From Prorocentrum cordatum (Eukaryota): a DNA stretch of 64,000 nt. The notes under the pieces are model-generated. The model was not told the origin of the DNA. It was given only the letters and a program-made list of their open reading frames with translations, and ran no database searches. The stretch covers positions 496,001-560,000 of the forward strand of contig CAUYUJ010000259.1 of the NCBI GenBank assembly GCA_963575745.1, in the 5' to 3' direction. Shown here piece by piece: positions 59,449 to 64,000 of this stretch. The first letter of the stretch is position 1; each line of letters opens with the position of its first letter. The translations under genes were made by a program, and so were the position numbers.

Positions 59449-60224
59449 CGCAAGTCGCAGCCTTGTCGAGAATCACGACCCAGGCCCTGTGCCCAATCTT
59501 TCTGCGCCGCTGTATGTGAGCAGGATCGCTCCGCGAGGGCCCTTGCCGGCCCAAATCTGGGCGGGGGCGCCCGTTGCCACGCGAAGAAGAAGTGGCCCTC
59601 CCTGGCGCGAGGAGCGCGCCAGGGGCGGCGCCGCAGACGCCGCCGGGGGGCCCCAGCACCGATCAGAGAAATCCGTGTGGATCTCCGACTTTTTCCCCAC
59701 TTTGATCGTCGGGTGGCTGTAAGTGCGGTAAGAGCGTTCATCTTACATAATCTTAGTTAAGCCATAGAGAGTACACTTGTTGATCGCGCATCTCATGTGT
59801 GCATATGCAATACTTATGGCGATTGTAAGTGTAGATGTAAGTAATATACTAGTTTAGATATCTCTGCTAAGTCGATGGGGCTGAACATATTTGTTTTTTT
59901 GTTAATCATTTGCGATTTTCATATTTTTACTTGTTTTTGAAATCCTCTGGGTTTCCGATATTTATTTTTTTTTGTAAAATCTTCAGTTGTTCAGGCCAGA
60001 GACGCCGCAGGTACTTGCTCTACCTCGCTGCCGCGGCGCCGCGGGCGGCCCCGCATGCCCGCGGGGAGGGGGGGGGGGGAGAGGAAAATGTTTATCCATG
60101 TGTCTTCGGCCCTCCTTATCCCCCCTTTCCTTTCGGCGGCGCGCCGCCTTCTCCTCCGTCGCCTCGTCCTCCGTCGGCGGTGAACCGCCCCCCCCCCCCC
60201 CCATGGCGGCGGTCCGCCTCCCCC

Positions 60225-60425
60225 CATCCGTGGCGGCAAACCGCCTACCCCTTCTGGCGGCGAACCGCCTTCTCCTCCTCTGGCGGCAAACCGCCTACCC
60301 CTTCTGGCGGCAAGCCGCCTTCTCCTCTCTGGCGGCAAACCGCCTGCCCCTTCTGGCGGCCAACCGCCTTCTCTTCCTCTGGCGGCAAACCGCCTTCTCC
60401 CCCTAATGGCGGCAAGCCGCCTTCC
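60225..60425. repeat. ~24-27 bp minisatellite (tggcggcaaaccgcct + pyrimidines)
   Basis: About 8 visible units. Confidence 0.85.
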
Positions 60426-60879
60426 CCCCCCCCGCCCTATCGGCGGCCTGCTTTGCCGCCTCCCTCCAGCCCCTCGGCGGCAAGCCGCCCGCCCCCCTCC
60501 TCCCTCCCCTCCCTGGCCTCTCCTTCACTTCACCCTCCCCCATAGCTCTCTTCTTCCCCCCCGCGCACCCTTCGGCGCCCCCCCCCCCCGCCCCCCCTCG
60601 GCGCCCTCTCTCCTTTGCGCCCCCCCCCACCCAGGAGGAGGAGGAAGAGGAGGGAGAGGAGGAAGAGGAGGCGGAGGAGGAGGAGGGGGGGAGGAGGAGG
60701 AGGAGGGGGACGAGGGGGGGGAGGAGGAGGAGGAGCAGGAGGATCAGGAGTAGGTCCGTCGCACGCGCATTGGCTCGAGCCGTTTTTGGCGAGCCCTCCT
60801 CCGATGGCTTCGGGGCAGCGTGCGCGCGCGGGGAGTCGCGCGCTCCGTTCGGCGCGCGGGAGCGCCGCATCGCGCTGCC

Positions 60880-63045
60880 ATGGAGGGCATCCTTCGAGGC
60901 TGTTTGGAGGAGGCGCGGGCGGCGTTCCTCGCGCGCGCGCGCGGCAGTGCGACGGAGCACCTTGTTGCCTGCATCCAGGCGGCGACGTCCCAGCGCTGGT
61001 CGCAGCTCCAGAGCGCGCTGTTTGCTGCTTTGGGCGTCGGCGCGGGGTGGGTGCAGTCCGAGTTGGGAGACTTCTCGCAGGCTCTGTCGTCGGGCAGCCT
61101 GCAGGGGGGGAAGCCCCATAACTATGAGGGGTTTGTTGAATTTCTGACGCCTCAGTTGTGGGAGTTCGTGCTCTCGCCGCATTCGGGCTGCGCTGCCAAG
61201 ATGGCGGCGTTCTCAGAGCACCTCGGGGCGCTTGGCTTGAGGCGTCCGAGCTGCCCGGCGGCCGCCAATCTGGCAGCATTCTTGTTGCTGGCGTGCAAGC
61301 AGACAGGCGTGGAGACGGGCGAGATCACGAGGGAGTTGTTGCAGCCATATCTGGTCGCAGTGAAATCCTCGTTCACGAATCTCGCGGCGACGATGCCGCC
61401 GCCCAGGGATGGCACCCAGGCTCTCCCCATCACGCCTGGGAGGCTCCAGTCCCAGTGCCCCATCACGTGCGTCGACGCCTTCCCGCCAGGTGTTGGAGCG
61501 ACGGCGCCGCAGATAAATCCCGTCGAGTTGGTGACGATTGCGAAGCTGATTAATCTCCGTGCAGGGAAGAAGAGCGGCCACCTCGCGCTGCCCGCGCCTG
61601 TGCCCGCCCGCGGCGGGCTGCAGCCATCCCACGGCCCAGGCGGCGGCCCCCCTCAGCAGCACCTCCCCATTGCGGCGGCCGGCTCGTTCTCTGGGCGCTG
61701 GCCGACGGCCCCGCGGGGAATGGCAGAACGCATTCCTCCGCGGGACACCTGGCATTGGGTCGAGGGGTGGGTTCCTGGATCGGCGTGGGGTGCGTTTCTG
61801 GATGCCTGGATCGAGGGCGCGGTGTGAAATTCTGGATGCTCGGGCTGGGTTGGAGGGGGATGGGGGGGTGGGCGGGGGGGGCGGGGGGGATATTTTCGTT
61901 CGGCGGTGGCCCGCCTGATTTCAGGTGGGGCTTTCGCGCAGCGGCGGCCGCTGGCCCAACCCAGCCATCCAGCTGATCGACAGCTCGCAGACGCAGCAGC
62001 CGCAGGAGCCGTTGCAAGAACGAGCAGGTTCGAACCACCAGCTTTCGATGGCGGCGGGGAGTCCGGATGCGCCGTCGGCGCAGCAGCTTCGAACCACCAG
62101 CTTTCGATGGCGGCGGGGAGTTCGGATGCGCCGTCGACGCAGCAGCTGGCGGCGCAAGATGGCGGCACACCCGCCGACTGTCAGCCGTTATGGAACACCG
62201 CCGCCGCCCAGACGGCCTCGATCAGCAAGAGCCGCGCGCCGAAGAAGCAGAAGATGCATGAGCTGCCGATCGAGCTCGACTCCGACTCCGACTTCGTCGT
62301 CGCCGTGACGCCGCCGCCCAAGGCTGAGAAGGTCGGCATCGCCGCAGGCTCTCTGAGGGGGACCCCGACGGAGGCGGCTTTGGCCACGGTCGCGGCCATG
62401 GATTAGAGGACGAAGGCGGTCAAGACGAAAAAGAACGCCGAGGCGGTGGGGGCCCCCGCGCCTGCCACGGGCAATGCTGGTAAGAAGACGACGCCGCCTG
62501 GCAAGGACAACGCGGCAAAGAAGACGACGCCGCCTGCCACGGGCAACGTGGCTAAGAAGAAGACACCGCTCCCCGCGGGCAAGAAGACGGACGGCGCGGC
62601 TGAGAAGGACAAGAAGCGCAAGTGGGCGAAGCCGAGGTGGGAGATGCAGACCGCGCGCAACTTGGCGAGCGGGGTTGAACCTCTCACCGATGAGGCGTCG
62701 GGCGCGTGCGGCGATTCCCAGCCGCTCCGCTGGGGTCGCAGCTTGCGCGCCCGCCGCCTTTCGGGCGACTGTTCATCGTTGCTCCGCCCCCCAGGGGCAG
62801 TTCCGCAGCGGCAGGATCGGCGCCCCTGGCCGCAGCGTCAGCCTGAAGTACATCGCGGGCGACGAGGCCGACAAGGCCAGATTCTCACCGACGCCCTTCT
62901 CGACGCCCTCCTCCACGCTCTCTTCATTTCCGCCCCTGCCTCGACGCCCCCTTCCAGCCCCTGCTGTCTCGTTGCGCTCGATCGCTCCGAGGCCAGGGCC
63001 ATTGCGGAGGCGGGGGAGCTGGTCAAGAAGGAGCTCGCCGCCAGG
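60880..63045 (+). pseudogene. Spliced gene or pseudogene of unknown function: globular N-terminal domain, Lys/Ala-rich linker, basic C-terminal domain
   Basis: gccATGg at 60880 opens a non-repetitive ORF (HNYEGFVEFLTPQLW...LGLRRPSCP...LPITP). In-frame TAG at 62404. Introns 62665-62794 and 62876-62991 (both GC..AG) join RWEMQTARNL|GQFRSGRIGAPGRSVSLKYIAGDEADK|ARAIAEAGELVKKELAAR. Middle and 3' boundaries uncertain. Confidence 0.6.
62029..62147 (+). repeat. ~59-bp tandem duplication
   Basis: ttcgaaccaccagctttcgatggcggcggggagt.cggatgcgccgtcg.cgcagcagc occurs twice. Confidence 0.9.
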
Positions 63046-64000
63046 GCGCGCGGCGAGCAATTCGCGCAGCGGTTCTTCGACTCCCCAGGCCAACGGGGCG
63101 GCCTCGGGAGAACGAAAAGCTCGTGGCGGATGCGCCGCCTCGTGGCGGATATGCCGCCTTGTAGCTCAGCCTTCTCACCTTCCAACTCGTGGCGGATATG
63201 CCGCCCCCGCCCCACCCCTTTGCGCTCCTCCGCCCTTCAGGCGGACATGCCGCCGCCCCCCTCCCCTACTCGGCCCACTCCGCGCCCCCGCGCCACGTCC
63301 CTGCGCCCCCCTCTCCGCTGTCAGGCACTGGATCCCACGCCAACTAACGTCGGGGAGACGCCCACTGCTCGAACGGCGAAGGCGTTCACCCAGAATGGCC
63401 TGGGCGCGCGCGAAGGTACTGACGTTGCCACCGCCCTTTTAACGACGAAAACAAGTGAACCAAGACCTGCACATTCAAAGGGACGTCGGTTCACTTATAT
63501 TTCTGGTGCCCAATGCCACCCTCACTCTGCCCCCTCCCCCGAGACCCCGTCGCAAGAACCAGCGGGGCCCTTCTGAGAGGCCCCCGAGGGCTCGAGGAGC
63601 TCCAAGACTTCAATGGGTCCATGGGCAACCCCCTCCCCCTCCTCCCGAAGTCTCGCTTCCGCGTCCGATTCCATTTCGGTTCAAGCCCGCGGCCCGCGGG
63701 TGCCCGCGAGCCCGCGCGGGGTCGGCCCCCCCCTTTCGCGCCGACGCGTGGGCTGGGGCCCGCGCGCCGAGGCTGCGCCGCAGCCACCGCGTCGCGCTCG
63801 GCGCCTCGCACTGCGGCCGCGGCCATGGCAGACAGCGGCAGCGCGTTCGACGCGTTGGAGGCAGCTGCATCGCCAAAACAAGTGGCCCCGCGTGCGGTCG
63901 CCAGGGACGCGCGCATCGCGCGCGAAACTGGCTGGCCGCTCTCGGTCGAACTGTTTTGGCGATTCGGCGCAGGAGATGTTCGGGCCAGCGATGCAGTTGC

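Noticed and set aside
59490..59530. Candidate next PRP38B exon (LSAPLYVSRI)
   Set aside because: No suitable acceptor and no convincing homology or codon bias.
60225..60425. Palindromic repeat ggcggcaaaccgcc with short spacers, CRISPR- or REP-like
   Set aside because: The spacers are short, near-identical pyrimidine runs; it is a minisatellite.

Overview
GC-rich, repeat-dominated eukaryotic DNA. It is most likely a core dinoflagellate (Prorocentrum-like), inferred from GA/GC splice donors, tiny exons in multi-kb introns and dense (CCT)n/(GAG)n tracts. Nearly all ORFs in the supplied track are low-complexity artefacts. Reading the sequence directly gives four kinds of real content. (1) One + strand gene of the PRP38 family (PRPF38B-like splicing factor) spans the window as 12 short exons from 2790 to 53603. 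It is incomplete at both ends, and none of its donors that can be assigned is GT. (2) A full-length but disrupted ~4.45 kb LINE (ORF1, APE endonuclease, RT, (CAGT)n tail, 12-bp TSD) is inserted inside a short repeat. (3) A second spliced gene or pseudogene at ~60880-63045 has possible spliced-leader relics upstream. (4) The introns hold many non-autonomous elements: MITE-like families with 5-, 6- and 8-bp TSDs, two head-to-head Helentron/Helitron2-like elements, a three-level nest, and a ~9 kb diverged tandem array. All calls come from manual reading; no database searches were run.
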